DNA of 64,000 nt. Origin: Paraphysomonas bandaiensis (taxonomy: Eukaryota; Protista; Chrysophyceae). The notes under the pieces were generated by a model, which made no database searches, had not been told where the DNA came from, and was given only the letters and a program-made list of their open reading frames with translations. Positions 39,941 to 54,451 of the stretch are shown one piece after another. A program made the translations under genes and the position numbers. The stretch lies in the NCBI GenBank assembly GCA_965644295.1, contig CBFFRP010000298.1, positions 310,001-374,000 of the forward strand, given 5' to 3'. How positions within the stretch are numbered: position 1 is the first letter of the stretch; the number at the start of each line of letters is the position of its first letter.

Positions 39941-40790
39941 TAGTTGAATGCTAGACCTCTACCCATAACTAATCAGTACAAACTCTATTATTCTACAATT
40001 TAGCGCTACAGAAACTAGTGCGATCACTTCCGTTCTTAATGTTGATTGTAAGGTTCGCCTTGATCGTGTATCCCATGCTAACTGGCGCGTGTGATCAGGG
40101 GGTTTCCCCATGGAATGAGATTCCACAGGGCTTTGTGGAGGTACAGGGTTCTGTATTAAGGTCCTGAGTCCCCGAGGCTACTACCGCGACCGCGTCCAAA
40201 ACATAGACAGAAATGTAAACGCCCAAGGGTGCTAGGATTACTAGGACTCCACAGACGAACTGAGACTGGAACACCGCCCACCGCACATATGAACCCCACC
40301 AATCATACCCATAGGACCATAGCACCGGACCGTATGAAACCATCAGGCCCTAGACAGCGGCGACGCCGTCTCCGGCAGCTCCACCTATGCCCAGACGGTG
40401 CACGGCGACACCGCCACATTCCACCACACCATCAACCTCTCAGCACACACATCTAGTGCTCGGTACACTCAGGACCTTAATACAGAACCCTGTACCTCAG
40501 AGCCTGGCAGAACCTTATCCCAAGGGGACACTCCCGGACAACACGCGCCAGTGAGTCCTCAGACACACGAGCAGGGCGAAACTCACAAACAACTTCAAGA
40601 ACGGAAGTGGTTGCACCTTGGTGCTTGCGGCGACGCACAAGCAGCTTCTGTAGCGCTAAATAGTAGGATAATAGAATTTGTGCTGATTAGTTATGGGTAG
40701 AGGTCTAACTAGTATGTCTAGCATTCAACTAGTGCACCGTTTGGGCCTCGGGCACAGGTAAAGTTCCCGGAGACGGCGTTGTTGTCGAGG
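39941..40790. mobile_element. Non-coding fold-back element with long imperfect inverted repeats and an internal complementary region
   Basis: 39941-40183 pairs with 40454-40731 (perfect 32-nt core 40138-40169 / 40467-40498); 40349-40403 pairs with 40732-40790. A fragment recurs at about 48750-48806. Confidence 0.7.
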
Positions 40791-41160
40791 TCCTTGCTGA
40801 CCCTAGATCTTCTGTATTCTTCAATTAACAGTCATAACTCGCTCTTAATTGGTCTCAAACAGAAAAAATCAACATTCCATGATCACTGCTCACAGTCGGG
40901 GTCATTCACCTTGTTATCGTTAATAAAAACTGAATCAATTTACTATAGTTACAACAATAATTCCCTAATAAGAAACGGGTTACTCGTATAGTACGACTTA
41001 CGTTCCACACTAAATACTTTAACAAGCTTGTCGCATGCCTAACGTATATATAACACTAATAAAGAATCCCTGAGAAGTGCTCTAAGCTGATATAAAACAG
41101 CCTACTAGATAAGAAAAATAATACAAATCAATCATAGTGAATATATGTTCCATAATAGGT

Positions 41161-41176
41161 GGTGTTGAAAAACACC
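41161..41176 (-). promoter_or_regulatory. Histone mRNA 3' stem-loop (H4 copy 2)
   Basis: GGTGTT-TTTC-AACACC on the minus strand. Confidence 0.88.
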
Positions 41177-41218
41177 ATTTGATTGTATATAGAATCGTCT
41201 GGGAGAAGGTGATAGTGC

Positions 41219-41542
<324 letters not shown>

Positions 41543-41814
41543 TTATTAGATACTTAACAGATCACTGATTTGATATTTGTGCTTCCTTCTCAAACAACAA
41601 ACAAAAATCCATTCCTATTTGAATAAGCATATCTTGAACCGTCACAGGAAAATGAAAGTAAAAAAAATAGCATCTCCCAATGTTGATTTTTTCAAACCTG
41701 GATTTCATGAATTCAAAGATGCACAGTATCTTGAGAAGACAGACACCAACCTGAAGTCGTGGAGCTGAAGATGAAGTGAGGATTTCATACACAATTCTCT
41801 TGATTGTAAAGTGA

Positions 41815-42249
<435 letters not shown>

Positions 42250-42281
42250 ATATCTCTTCATCACGAAATAAAACAAAAATA

Positions 42282-42297
42282 GGTGTTTTTGAACACC
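42282..42297 (+). promoter_or_regulatory. Histone mRNA 3' stem-loop (H3 copy 2)
   Basis: GGTGTT-TTTG-AACACC followed by ACA. Confidence 0.85.
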
Positions 42298-42930
42298 ACA
42301 CTTTCAATGGATAACAGAGATTGCTGTGTACTTGTTTTTGTTCCAGTGGATATGTATTATATTTAATGTTTCGGTTGAATAGATATGATCGTATGTGAAT
42401 TAGTAATGCCAACCAACGTTGTTGGTAGTTTTCTCTTGGTTCTGTTGAACATATAAGAGTGTTGCTATGATATAGGCTAAAGGTAGAATAATTTTGCTCT
42501 GCAATAATTCGTAAAGAGCACTATATAGTTATATTTAACCGCGAGTTATAAGGAGGTCATATCGTTGCACATGGAGTTCTCACACAAACATTGTGTCAAC
42601 CTTCAAAGTGTTGTATTGGTTGTAAATTTTAGGATCGAATAAAACGTTGACGTGCGAACGTGTTGTAGTTTTGTCTTCCAAACGTGTCACACATGAGGAC
42701 GAGTAAGATATTTTATACACTGAAGCAATTCCACACTTTGAGAGTTCGTATTAAAATATTACCTATAAAAAGGGTAGGCATAGTAAAAGGGGTTTTTCTA
42801 TACAAAACTGAAACACTTCTACCTCGAGAATACATCACTGAATAAAGCTTTGTGACTTATCTACGACACTTAGCATTTATATCAGCTTGTACATTACGTG
42901 AAAGTGAAAATATAAAGGAATTTATGCAAC

Positions 42931-43968
42931 CTAGAAATCTTCTACAGCGCACTGCAAAAGGCGTTCATATGATGTCACTAACCCGCTGTGAACGCTAAGG
43001 TCATACCCTCTTAAAACTCGCATTAAGCGATGCCTTAATTTATTGACATGCGTTGTCTTTTGAACAGCTAGCTCGGCTTCTAATATATTCACCATGTCCC
43101 TGTCCAAGAGGGACACGGGCATTCTCAGTCCATCCAGAACAGATCTAACGCCAGTCGAAGTGTTTACTTTCATATGAAGGTGAACCTCACGAGCACCTGT
43201 TCTAACTCCCCAGTTATGCTTACGGACACCGAACATGGATCCCAGACATAAATTTCTCGCACAGCGATCACGAATCAAGGAGGTAGATAAATTTACGCTC
43301 ATGTGTTCCACAATGATATAATCATTTACCATGCGAGCAATATCAAAGTTGAGTGCACGTACATACTCTACGATTACACCAAGTTCAGGTGGAATGGAAC
43401 GTAGATATGTCGCGTAAGAGTGATTTTGTGGTGGTGGCAAATAGTATGACAGATCAACTCCGTCCAGTTTTTTGTTCCTATCTGAATCAATGAAATCGAG
43501 AACTCTGTACACTGAAGGAAGAAGAATTGCATTGTCCCACTTCGTGCAACGCTTCTGATCATACACTTTACCATTTATTTCTTGAGGAGATGAATAATCT
43601 TGGTTCATTGGACACAGCGTCCAATCTTCAGTTCCTTTAATATGAAACAAATAGCCGGAAACAATCATATTGAATGGATTCCGAATCATATGTACTATAC
43701 AATTATTGTCATCTACTCTAAGCGATAAATTTTCCATCTCTCCGAAGTCATTTCTTGTAGCAAATCCATGCACAATCAAACATATATTACACCCTTCAGT
43801 CTTTAGATTCAAATTATCAGTCATGATTTTACTGAAGGCAGTTCCTGACTTATGGTGAGATACTATAAATCTTTGCATACCATCACTACATGTATGAGCG
43901 GATGCACTAACATGGACAGATAGCAAGCTAACCCATCCATAAAAGATTATATGATATAATAGCTGCAT
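42931..43968 (-). CDS. Intronless sulfotransferase-like protein with signal peptide
   Basis: 345-aa ORF; SHHKSGT (5'-PSB) and IVHMIRNPFNMIVSGYLFH..EDW (3'-PB). Confidence 0.72.
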   Translation of the reverse strand: MQLLYHIIFYGWVSLLSVHVSASAHTCSDGMQRFIVSHHKSGTAFSKIMTDNLNLKTEGCNICLIVHGFATRNDFGEMENLSLRVDDNNCIVHMIRNPFNMIVSGYLFHIKGTEDWTLCPMNQDYSSPQEINGKVYDQKRCTKWDNAILLPSVYRVLDFIDSDRNKKLDGVDLSYYLPPPQNHSYATYLRSIPPELGVIVEYVRALNFDIARMVNDYIIVEHMSVNLSTSLIRDRCARNLCLGSMFGVRKHNWGVRTGAREVHLHMKVNTSTGVRSVLDGLRMPVSLLDRDMVNILEAELAVQKTTHVNKLRHRLMRVLRGYDLSVHSGLVTSYERLLQCAVEDF

Positions 43969-44473
43969 GACGTGCGGACAGTTACGATTAGTGGGAGGGG
44001 TGTATCATTATAAATAAAAGCTCGGTGTACTTCTAATATACAGCAAGCAGTGATTGTTCATACATACACACATCCATAGAGCAAAGATATATGCATATAC
44101 GTTATAGAAGATGAATCCCTGTGTATAAACTGAGAGACACTGCAATAAGGTTTAAACTATGAAGTCTGTGCGTATATCTCAACTCTACATACACACATGC
44201 AGGCATATGTGGGACTATGATACATACAGTATACTAGTCCTACAGCAGTATATACAGTCCATACCTCCACATGACCACCACATGTAGAGGTAGGTGCATG
44301 TATATACAGCATAGGGCACACCCTGCCTATACATACATACATACACATGAGGAGCTGGTACATAGTCATTAAGCTCAGCTCATAACACTGACAGGTAACA
44401 ACCTCCGCTTACATTTGCTGAGGTTGAATACCATAACCTTCATTACTTCAAACTTTAAACGGTTGCTTTATTG

Positions 44474-47400
44474 ATGATGTTACGTCCATATCTACGAGCC
44501 TTCATGAGGGGCATACAGAGACACCATAGAGCACAGCCTACACAGGGATTGCCTGTATGTTTGAGCTATTATCCAATAATATATCGAAGAGATTTTTGTC
44601 AATCTCAATACACTTCAATGAAATCCAATAAACGGAAACGAAAGATTGGAAATCTATCTGGTAAAGCCCCTCTAGAGATGCGCAGACGTATACCTGATGA
44701 TCCAGTATCGCTTGCTGTCCTCAATACTCTTTCTAGTTTAGCATCACAAAAATTTATTCATCCTCATGATATAGATGAATTGTTTGATCGATATCCACCT
44801 CTGACTTTGGACCCTTATTTATTTGTCGATGTCGTGAGGGTCTTGTCAACTAAGGGTTTTGCATTTGAAGCAAGACATTTGAAGCTAATAGGGGATTTTT
44901 TATCGGAGAAATGGAAAGATTTAGATAGTTATCAATTAGGTACGCGACCTATGACTGTTCTGCTATAATATATATGTATGAAATGTATTTGTAACACAGT
45001 TATTTTTTATCGCATTTGTAATGTGGCTCATTGCAGTGAATTTCTTCCAATATACGAAAAATATATCTGTTACAGATACCGATATGTCCGTAGAGATTGA
45101 ACGAATCTATTCGTTGCTAAAGTTTGGAATCTTTTATTCGACGCCGGAGAGACCCTATCAAATGAAACCATTTAAATTGGCTGGTCTCCTCAGTAACCTA
45201 CGAAGTCAACATTCTCAGGTTGTTAATGAGATGCTACGGGCAGTCACACAAGAGATACTGGACTCTCCTATGTCATTTTACTGGAATGGGAAAGATATTG
45301 CTAGAGGGCTCCATGGTATGAAGTATAGGGCAGATTGTGAAATATATAGAGGACTCCTAGCCGCCATAGTGTCAAGGATAGATCCGAAAGGTATGTGTAT
45401 CACACTTATGTACAATATTGTCGCATGAATGTGATTGTCCAATATAACTATATAATTTTATGTGTTGCGCCGCGTATGTAGTAGTGCATTATACCTTGTC
45501 ATACGAAAGTACTTTTGGGAATTGTCTAATATATTCCGTGTCTGCGCTGCAGCTGTCTTTAGTACCTTTGATATTGTAAACATATTACATGGCGTCCAAG
45601 GAATGTCCATGACTAAGGAGGTTCGTGATATATTTAATGTTTTTCAACCTCATATCGATTCTGGTGGACTTTCGTTTACTTGTCGAGACATAGCGGCAAC
45701 GCTCTATAGTCTCCACAGCAAGTCATGTAGTGAACCTGAAGTTACAGCCCTCCTTAAATCTATGACAAGGATAATACGCAGCAGAACGGATAATCGAACG
45801 GTACTTAAACCACTGGACGTGGGATCTGGTCTGTTTGGTCTTCAGCGAATGAGTTCTGATACGTATGAGGTCCGGGAGCTTATAAGTGCTTTCGAAGGTC
45901 TAATATACCAATCGAATGTTAAACTCACAAGCAGAGCCATAGGAGATTCACTATATGGGCTACAAGGAATGAATCCTGAGGTTCCCGAAGTTGCACAGTT
46001 ACTCCATTGTCTGGCCACTTGCATCGAAAATGCAACTGATAAACTGTGTGGAAAGCACATGGGGAAAGCTTTACTCGGATTAAAAAACATGTCTTCTGAT
46101 AATAGTGCAGTGAGAAGTCTCATATCTGCTCTTGCAAAGAGAATATCTACCCCCGTCTCTGCTGAGCGTCTGAAAGGGAGTTGGTATATGATGAACTCTC
46201 AGGCAGTGGCAAGTACGTTATTTGGTATGCAGAATATGTCAAACAATTGTGAGGAGGTCAAAGCACTTGTCGAAGCTGTGTCTAAAGAAATGCATGACCA
46301 CGTAGACCACGTAGTTCTAGAAAATGAGGGTGTGTGTAATTCGTTCTTCGGATTACGTAATATGACTCTCTCGCCGGATGTCAAGTTGATTTTGACTAGT
46401 TTAACGGCTATGACCTCTAAAATTAGTGAACCACTTGCTGTAAGTCATATCACACCTGGTGTGTACGGCTTCAAATCTATGTATGAATGTGATGAAGTCG
46501 TTCTAGCATTGCAGGCTCTAGAAAGAGTGCTACATACCTCTATTGGCACAGTGACAGGAAAAGCAGTCGCACAACTATGTTATGGTTTGCAGGGACTTTC
46601 AGATATAGATGTGGTCCAGTCAATGCTTTCCATTATATATAAGAAAGCGATTACGGCTGGGCTAATCCTCGAACCTCGGGACGTGGCGATGGTTTTGTAT
46701 GGACTTCAGTTGATGTATAAAGGACGTGAAACTTCTACAGCAGTGTCTAATATGCTCGAGCTTTGTGGTAATAGTTTGATTCATAGCCATCCCAAAGACT
46801 ACAACCATATTACTGTAGCAATAATATTGCGAAGGATGGCTGATATTTCCTCAAATCCTGATATGGTCGCGAAAACGATGGCTGCTGTAACGAGGAGTTT
46901 ACAACACCAGCACGTGACGTTGACACCCTATGATATGGCAATGTGTCTCTATGGTCTAAGATTATCGAATTCGAGGGAGCCCTATGTACAGGACCTTATA
47001 GCTTCCTTACTTGATGTGAGGCCAACTGAGGGCCTGACTGCTAGTGGAGTATCTACTGCAATATGTGGGATGCAGAACTTAAATTCCCATAATCCAGTAG
47101 TCAAAGAGTTGATCTTATATTTGGCCACACAGCTAGAGCCAGTTGTATCTACGTTGACCTCACATGAAATTGCAATCGCGACACTAGGGATGAAACACTT
47201 ATCATCCGAGCACCCGGAGGTTAGAGAGCTCCTTATATTGATGAGTGATGCCATAGGTTTCTGCAATGAAAAGTTCTCGAATCAGGACCTTAGTATAATG
47301 TTCGAGGGCCTCAGTTCCTCGAATGATCGGTCAGAGGAGTCAATACGTGTCTTACATGAATTGGCAAATCGGCTTGAGAGAGCCAGTGGTCAATGGACGG

Positions 47401-48461
47401 TATGTCAATTATCCAGTATACTGCGTGGCCTTCAGGGATTTAGTTCGCGATCTCAGGACATTAAGCGTGTTCTTCGATACCTCAAGTCAACCATACAGAC
47501 ATCGACAGCAGATATGCTGGACAGCGTGAATATGTGCAACATATTTTACGGTTTACAGAGAATGGATTGCACTGATGATGATGTGATTGGCGTTCTACAC
47601 GCACTAGGAGATAAACCTGTCGTTGATATTTCCCAGATCATGTACAGTGGAGATGACCTCGCCTTGTCGCGAAGTTTGGTGAGCGAGATCGATGCTCTGC
47701 GTGATGGTGTTGTAGGTTTGGCTTCCATATGTCAAATATATACGGCAACAATATCACCTGTACACACTGCGGCTACAATGAGGGTCCGCAGTATTAGCGT
47801 ACTTTACCACCACATCACAACGCTGATAAACAGTGCTGAAAAGATCATTGCAAGCTACTCCATCCGAGGTGCCAATTTTACAGACGTCGAGCGAGAAAAT
47901 ACATTGGAAACCCTTGGAGACATCCTTCGAGGGCTGCAACTGCTACATCATTTCTCACCCACTCTACCGGCGGAGTCTACGGAAGCCTTATGCGCGATTA
48001 AAAAATCGATCGTATCTATACTCAGTGCCGCCTGCATGAAATCGAGTGGATTGGGCGTGAACAAAGACCGTGGAATTCCGAATAGTCTAGTGGAAGCGCT
48101 TTCAGAACTTTCTAATCAGTTATTGTTTGACTTTAAAATTGAGCAGGATGTGATATTTGGAGGTGAGGCAGACATGTCGAAGTTTGGCTTTTATTTCCCC
48201 GGAGTAGTAACAGTCGCCGTTAACAACTCGGAAGTGTCAGTGTCAGGTAGAATAGCGTTGTTAATAGAGGACCCTGACACAAAGACGTACCCCGGCACCA
48301 GGAGGTTACAGTTTTTGAAAGAGAAATATGTCAAGGAGGCCCATAATATTGACGTTGTCCGCGTGGATCCTAGCGATACAAACATAGAGGTGGTAAATAA
48401 AGTAGAAGCTATGGCAAAGAAGTTAGCCGCAACGAAAGCGGAAAGTCAATTGGGTATATAG
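44474..48461 (+). CDS. Large alpha-solenoid repeat protein (OPR/RAP-like, probably organellar RNA-binding), 3 exons
   Basis: More than 15 repeats of about 38-40 aa with consensus 'xxLYGLQGMSSDxxEVRxLIxAL'. Arg-rich N-terminal presequence. C-terminal IALLIEDP...RRLQFLKEKYVKEAHNIDVVRVD resembles a degenerate RAP domain. Confidence 0.75.
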
Positions 48462-49270
48462 CTTTTTATAGTGTACAAGTGTAGCTTTTAATCGTTGTAG
48501 TCATAGTGCGTGGTACTGGCTAAATTGTTAATGCATATCAATATCTCCTTATTACTTATCACAATGCGATTTGTCTATGCGCAGACAATTTGAGGTTATC
48601 TTAGTTGAGGTGACTAATCTGTAGTGTCAGTGTTTCTACAAGTGTAGCGTATATCTGATTATTAGCAGTTAGCAGTAGGCGTGTAGTAAGAGTCAGAACT
48701 AATGCAAAATATCAATTTAACTAACTAATGCTTAACTCTGATATTATACTACTATTTTGCGCCTGTGCATCACCGCAAGCACCAAGGTGCAACCACTTTC
48801 GCTCTTTGTCCTTAAGGTGAACTAGCCCGGATGCTTGACTTCAGTAGAGGCAACCCAATATCACGGATGCCCTTGTGGTGGCCCCATTACCAGATGCCTG
48901 TTTATTTGTCAATCGTCAAGGTTCAAAGATGTCAACACAAGTGGCACTTATTAGTGTACTTGTACTTTGTACCACAGAATAATATGCGGCTATATTCTAT
49001 ATTATATATATGTTTGCCAGAGAAATATTTCCAGTACCTATCCCCGAGATAACCACACGAAAAGGTGCGAGTCCGACTTTGTTGAGGGGTGATTGCTAAT
49101 TCTTCTACGTGCGACATATATATACCCACATCTAGAAGAGTATTATTCTACGATAGTGTAAAGTTAGAGTGAATATATTCACTAATTAGTAATGAAAATA
49201 TCACGCGACTACGTTATATATTCTATACTTAGCAATAAAAAATAATTGTAAATAATAGTGACATTCTTAA

Positions 49271-49360
49271 CAGTGTCTGGTAACCGTTAATCCTCTCAAT
49301 TACTATATATTATCTTGCAATTAAAATGGTATTATAATAATTAATGGTTACAATGCCCTG
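49271..49360. mobile_element. Short degenerate copy of the hAT MITE family
   Basis: CAGTGTCTGGTAACCGTTAAT ... ATTAATGGTTACAATGCCCTG; TSD degenerate (ATTCTTAA / ATGTATAA). Confidence 0.6.
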
Positions 49361-49998
49361 ATGTATAACGCTGGTTTAGATAAAAAGTTAAAAAATAACA
49401 GAGCGCATTACACGAACAACTTACTTGTTGTATAAGCTTTACTTTGAGAGGCATTTGTTGATTACTTAATGTGATACACATATTCACGACGTTACCTCTA
49501 TATATTTTTGTAAAGAAAATAGTATATCCCAAAATCATAGCATAATATTACAGTATTTTCTTCTAAGTATATATAATCTTTAGTTTACTGTTAAAATGAA
49601 TATATATCATGTTCAGATTAATTTGGTACTTGAATATGAAATTTAGTGATATCTACACTTATAAGCATTAAGCATGAACTAGTGAGATTTTAGAAGACGT
49701 GGTTAATTGTATGCGAAGACTTGCTCCTGTTACTTCCTATAAGATAATATAAGTGTTTGTATACTGCTTTCCCTGTCTTATTGCTTTGTACTACAAACTG
49801 AATAACTTTTAAAAACTTTTTTTAAAACTCTGAAATGTCTTTGTTTCTTCCACAATACAGAGAAACTTCTTACGATTTCATATGTTTTTTTTTAATAGCA
49901 GAGTTCATCGAGAAAAAGCGCGACATATTATCACCATGACATTAAATTGAGTAAACGCATTGTTTTTCTATATAAATTATCAGTGATATTATCCTGGA

Positions 49999-52035
49999 CT
50001 AAGTGCCCCATATGTTCCAGTGTGAAAGGCGATGTATCTGCTCCCTTGGGACAAAAAAATTATGAGGTTGAAATGTGTATCCATATGGAGATACTTTTAA
50101 TTCCAATCGAGAAAGTAAAGCTTTGTGGGAAGAACTTAGTCTGTTCGTATAGTAAGCTTCTGAAAAGCTCTCAAGCGTTCTGCGTTGAGTTTTATTAGAT
50201 AACTGAGGATTGTACGGAAAAGGCAAAGGAAGCTGCCCATCATCAGGAATAATGTCCTTGTTGTTATGCATTACAGGACGGGCCGGAGTGGTCCTTAAAT
50301 TTCCACTTGAAGTCTGCTCCCGCGGAAATAGCATTCTGCAATGATTTTCAACATGATCTTCAGTCCAAGTATACGGAGAGAACGCAGTCATAGTTCTAGA
50401 TAGTGCAGGGCGGTCCTTCAGAAATAGAAAACTATGCAAGTTTCTGCAGATTCGTAAAGGATTTTGCTGAAAGTCTTCATACCGAACTGAATATAGTGAT
50501 AATAATCTGATGCCTAGCTAACGAAAGAAAACGCATATGTTCTTATCATAACAAACTTAGAATGAAAAGGAAAGGGCATATACTATACATATATAGGCGA
50601 CAGATATTCGACGGAATTACCAATTGCCACATGATTTCTGCTCCACTCAACATCGCTCTGAAGACATCACGCACAAAACAATTAATATCAACAGCACAAA
50701 AAATTATTATTGTTTTTTACACTCAGCCTAGCATCGTAGGAAGCGATTAAAAATTTAATCCACAGTCGCAACCTGAAGTAGGTCATGGAATCCTTTCATT
50801 GTATTAACCCAAGATAACGATCCCGAGCCGAATGGGGAAAATGAATCACAATCCCTACACAGAATTGTGAATATAACACACATCTGGATATAGGTTATAC
50901 ACAGTACACCGCTACGAGTGCTTGCGTGGACATAATGTGATCTTACATGGTTGAAGTCCGGAAACTTGTGTTCCGTACGTAGTTCAAATCCCTCGTGCCA
51001 TCCATAGTAAGAAATATCTCAAAACCTTCCAGCATGTCATCAATTCTGGTCATCAAGTGATTAAGCATATATATAATAACAAAAGCACAATTCTATGAAA
51101 GCGAAAGCCACACAAATCACAATAACGTGATGTTAATAGTTACGTAACATACTCGATTGTGGATGCCTTTAGCCAATCGAAAGGCCTTCCATTCGGTCGA
51201 AACTGGAGGATCGGATGCTAAATACCAGCAGTAAGATGCGATTGCATTAGAATTAGATATATTTAACACAAGTAATGAAAGAAAAATGTGATTTAGGCAA
51301 GATCACTAAGCACATATCATACCTTCAAGCACACGATATACTTACTACCAGCGAATCTATTTGATGCAGAATGTATAATGGGAATATTCAAGAGATTATA
51401 GCCGGAATTGTCCACCAGATATGTTCGACTGACATCCCAGTAATGTTTCATCCACTATGAGTATAAGAAAGTAATTCTCACAATTCGAGATCGCAAAGAA
51501 GTAAATATGAAGTAGCGTACCAAGACAAAGAATCCTCTGGCAATCTGTACATTACTTTCTGTATCTGCCAGTGTACAAAATCTGTGGGATGGCCACACTC
51601 TTCGGTATCTTGATATAAGAGGTTTTCCTACCCTACCTTCTACACCCTGCAACAAGCAATATTGTGTAGTTTCTACACATGTTAAAGCGAACATACTCTG
51701 AACTCAGTCGATCTACATATTCGCTTCGGTGTATGTTGATAACATCCTTCAATCATTGTACTACAATCAGGTGTGTATCTCAACATAACATATATCCAGC
51801 TACTTGCAGATACATGAAATCATGATGTCATAGTACTAACATCAAGTACGCACTTATTCCCACTTCGAGGATACCCATATACGCCTATGAAGTAGTGATG
51901 AGGCATCTCATCTTGTATGATTTTATTGGTAATAGTTTTATTAGAGTGCCAATATAAGGAGCATAACATGCATGGTGCAGTGAGTAAGACATATAGAATG
52001 ATGTACATCGATGCAATGACTGGATAGTGTTGCAT
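49999..52035 (-). CDS. Multi-exon hypothetical protein with N-terminal membrane anchor
   Basis: Hydrophobic IILYVLLTAPCMLCSL start, several GT-AG-bounded open segments and a 146-aa terminal ORF. No family recognised; exon chain not fully resolved. Confidence 0.4.
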
Positions 52036-52599
52036 TGGAACTTGTTGCAACCATGTATATGAAACAGATCTTATTACATGTTATTCTGATCACTATTAGA
52101 GGTATGAATGACCTGAGTCCTTACCAGTATCAAGTGATGGTCATGTAAGATCTGATAGTCATGGATATGATCTTGATCAGGTCATCCACAGCACATGCAT
52201 GCACTGAGAGTGTCAACGGCACAGATACATACACAGCAAGTGCTGAATGTATCTATGCATATCTAGGATAGATTTTCCCGAACCCTCCACAAAATGCTGT
52301 TTTCAAACTAATATACGGCATTTTCAAGTTTTCACATATAAATTTCCTGCATTTTATGCCTGCCGTAATTTATACACATACAGCATGTACAGCAGTATAG
52401 AGCAGTACGTGTTGATGCTTCTCATATGTAACAGTCGATGCCCAGAAGCCCATATATAACACACACAACTGCACGGCACACAATGAAGAACATGAAGAGT
52501 GGACATTAAGTCAAGTGCAATTATATGCCCCAAAACAAGTTGCACATATCTTGCATTTATACATGTGTTTGCCTTTAGCATTCAGATTGAGGTTCAGGG

Positions 52600-53796
52600 A
52601 TGGGTAATGCTGCATTGCCGCCTATAAAAGATGCCAGAATTCTTGCAGTGGCTCAAAAGTTAAAGTGTGCGTTAAAATTCATCATCCTTATTGAATATCA
52701 GTTAATTCAGTTGTGTATTATCTCTTTCAGTGACCAACGATGACATATCTAAGATGTGGCTCGTATATGCCAAGTATGATCGTGAAGGAATCGGACAAGT
52801 CTCCATCGATGAGTTACACAACAAAGTACTAAAAGAACCCCGAAACATTGTATCAGATGCCATGCTTGAATTCATCGGTACATGCATTATTTATAGTTTT
52901 TAGAAGGTATTACTGATACATTTTGCTTCAGGTGCCGACAGCTTTGAATATATCACCTTTGGCGAATTTGTTGAACTCATATGCCTGTTCTCACTCTTTG
53001 AAAAATATGACATACTGCGATGTAAGTCCATTAACATGAACTATATTTTGTGTAATTTTACAAAATTGATTATGGAGTAGTCATGTTTTATATTCTTGAC
53101 AAAAGAAAGGTCGGAACATTGGACCCGAAAGAACTCAAAGCTTGTATCTCCGAGCTGTATGAAGGAAAGGTATGCTGTAGACCTTCAGAATGTTGATAGA
53201 GCTATGTCTACTCTACTATTCATCGTACTATATATCTCCACTTTGAGCTGTATATTGTTGTCAATCTGATATCTATAATGCAGTTGAAGAGCAATGCAAA
53301 GTTGGGCTTTAGCTTCATTGATAGTGTTCTTCACAAAGATGGTAGACTTGGTTTCCGAGAACTGGCGGATCTTCATCGTCGTTTCCCATACATGCTGTAT
53401 CCCGTATTCAGATTACAGAAAAGTCTTATGAGGGTGGGTATGGGTGAGAGCTGGTGGGAAGGTCGTAAAATTGCCCTCGCCGAAGAGGCACGTATTGCCA
53501 AGCTTCGGGAAAAGAGACAGGAGGAGTTGATGCAGATTAAGGTGCTTCCTGAAGATGAGGCGAAAGCACTGTTGGAAGAAAAAGTCAGGCAGTATATGGG
53601 ACCATATATATATTTTCTATTTCCTTGTAGACGTGAATATGCGAGGAACAGAGTTAAGCGGCTTGAACAAATCGAGCGAGAACTCGCCTATATAGACCAA
53701 AGAGAAGATGATGACTCAGATGATGGGCACTCAGTGGATAGCAAGGACAAGTACTTGGTACTTAATATCAAAAGTAGTAACTCTCTTTTTGGATAA
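52600..53796 (+). CDS. EF-hand protein (calcineurin B/NCS-like, Gly2 myristoylation candidate), paralog 1, 5 exons
   Basis: MGNAALPP..., DREGIGQVSIDE, ITFGEFVE, ILDKRKVGTLDPKE, DGRLGFRE, FPYMLYPVFRLQ..MGESWW. Confidence 0.8.
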
Positions 53797-54451
53797 GATT
53801 GGTAAAATTTAGTGCACGAAAGAGATAAGTGTCCAGTCGGCGTATTACTTGAGGCTTTTATATGCGTGTCTGTCAATTTTAGTGTGTAGTGGCTAGTGGC
53901 AACACATACGCAATTGCTTCTGGTTTACTGTTGTAAGCATATCGTTGTGGTGATGATGTTGTCTTTTTATCAATATAGATTTTTATATAAAGCTTAATAA
54001 AGTAATACAGGCATTCCGTCTGAATACCATAATGTATTCATGTACAGTATGTATTATCCCTTTGTTATCTTGTAGTGGCGGAGTAATAACTTAATGTTGA
54101 CTTAGTCATGTTGCGCAACGACTGTACTACTATTCAGTAAACTTTGATGCATATTGGCAGTGTCATATCTTTTGTTGACTAGGTACTTATATTATATTTT
54201 AAACATACCAACTATGAAATCATAAAAAAGTGTTTGATATTGGTTTATTATTTAATATCAAATCTATAAAAATAAATTGATAATTTATATGTATTGTTTC
54301 CGTAAGAATACTGATTTTAAACCACGTATTTTTGAATAGCGGTTGGTCATCTCTTTTAATGAACATAAGTGTTATCTATATCAATGTCGTTGGAATTAAT
54401 ATAATCATTGTACATTGCACACGCCAGGGTCTGAGCAAATTAAACACTGTG

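Noticed and set aside
40551-40586. Possible hammerhead ribozyme (GTGAGTC...GAAACTCAC)
   Set aside because: Stem III-like pairing is present, but the CUGANGA core is absent and the paired copy at about 40045-40085 does not conserve it.
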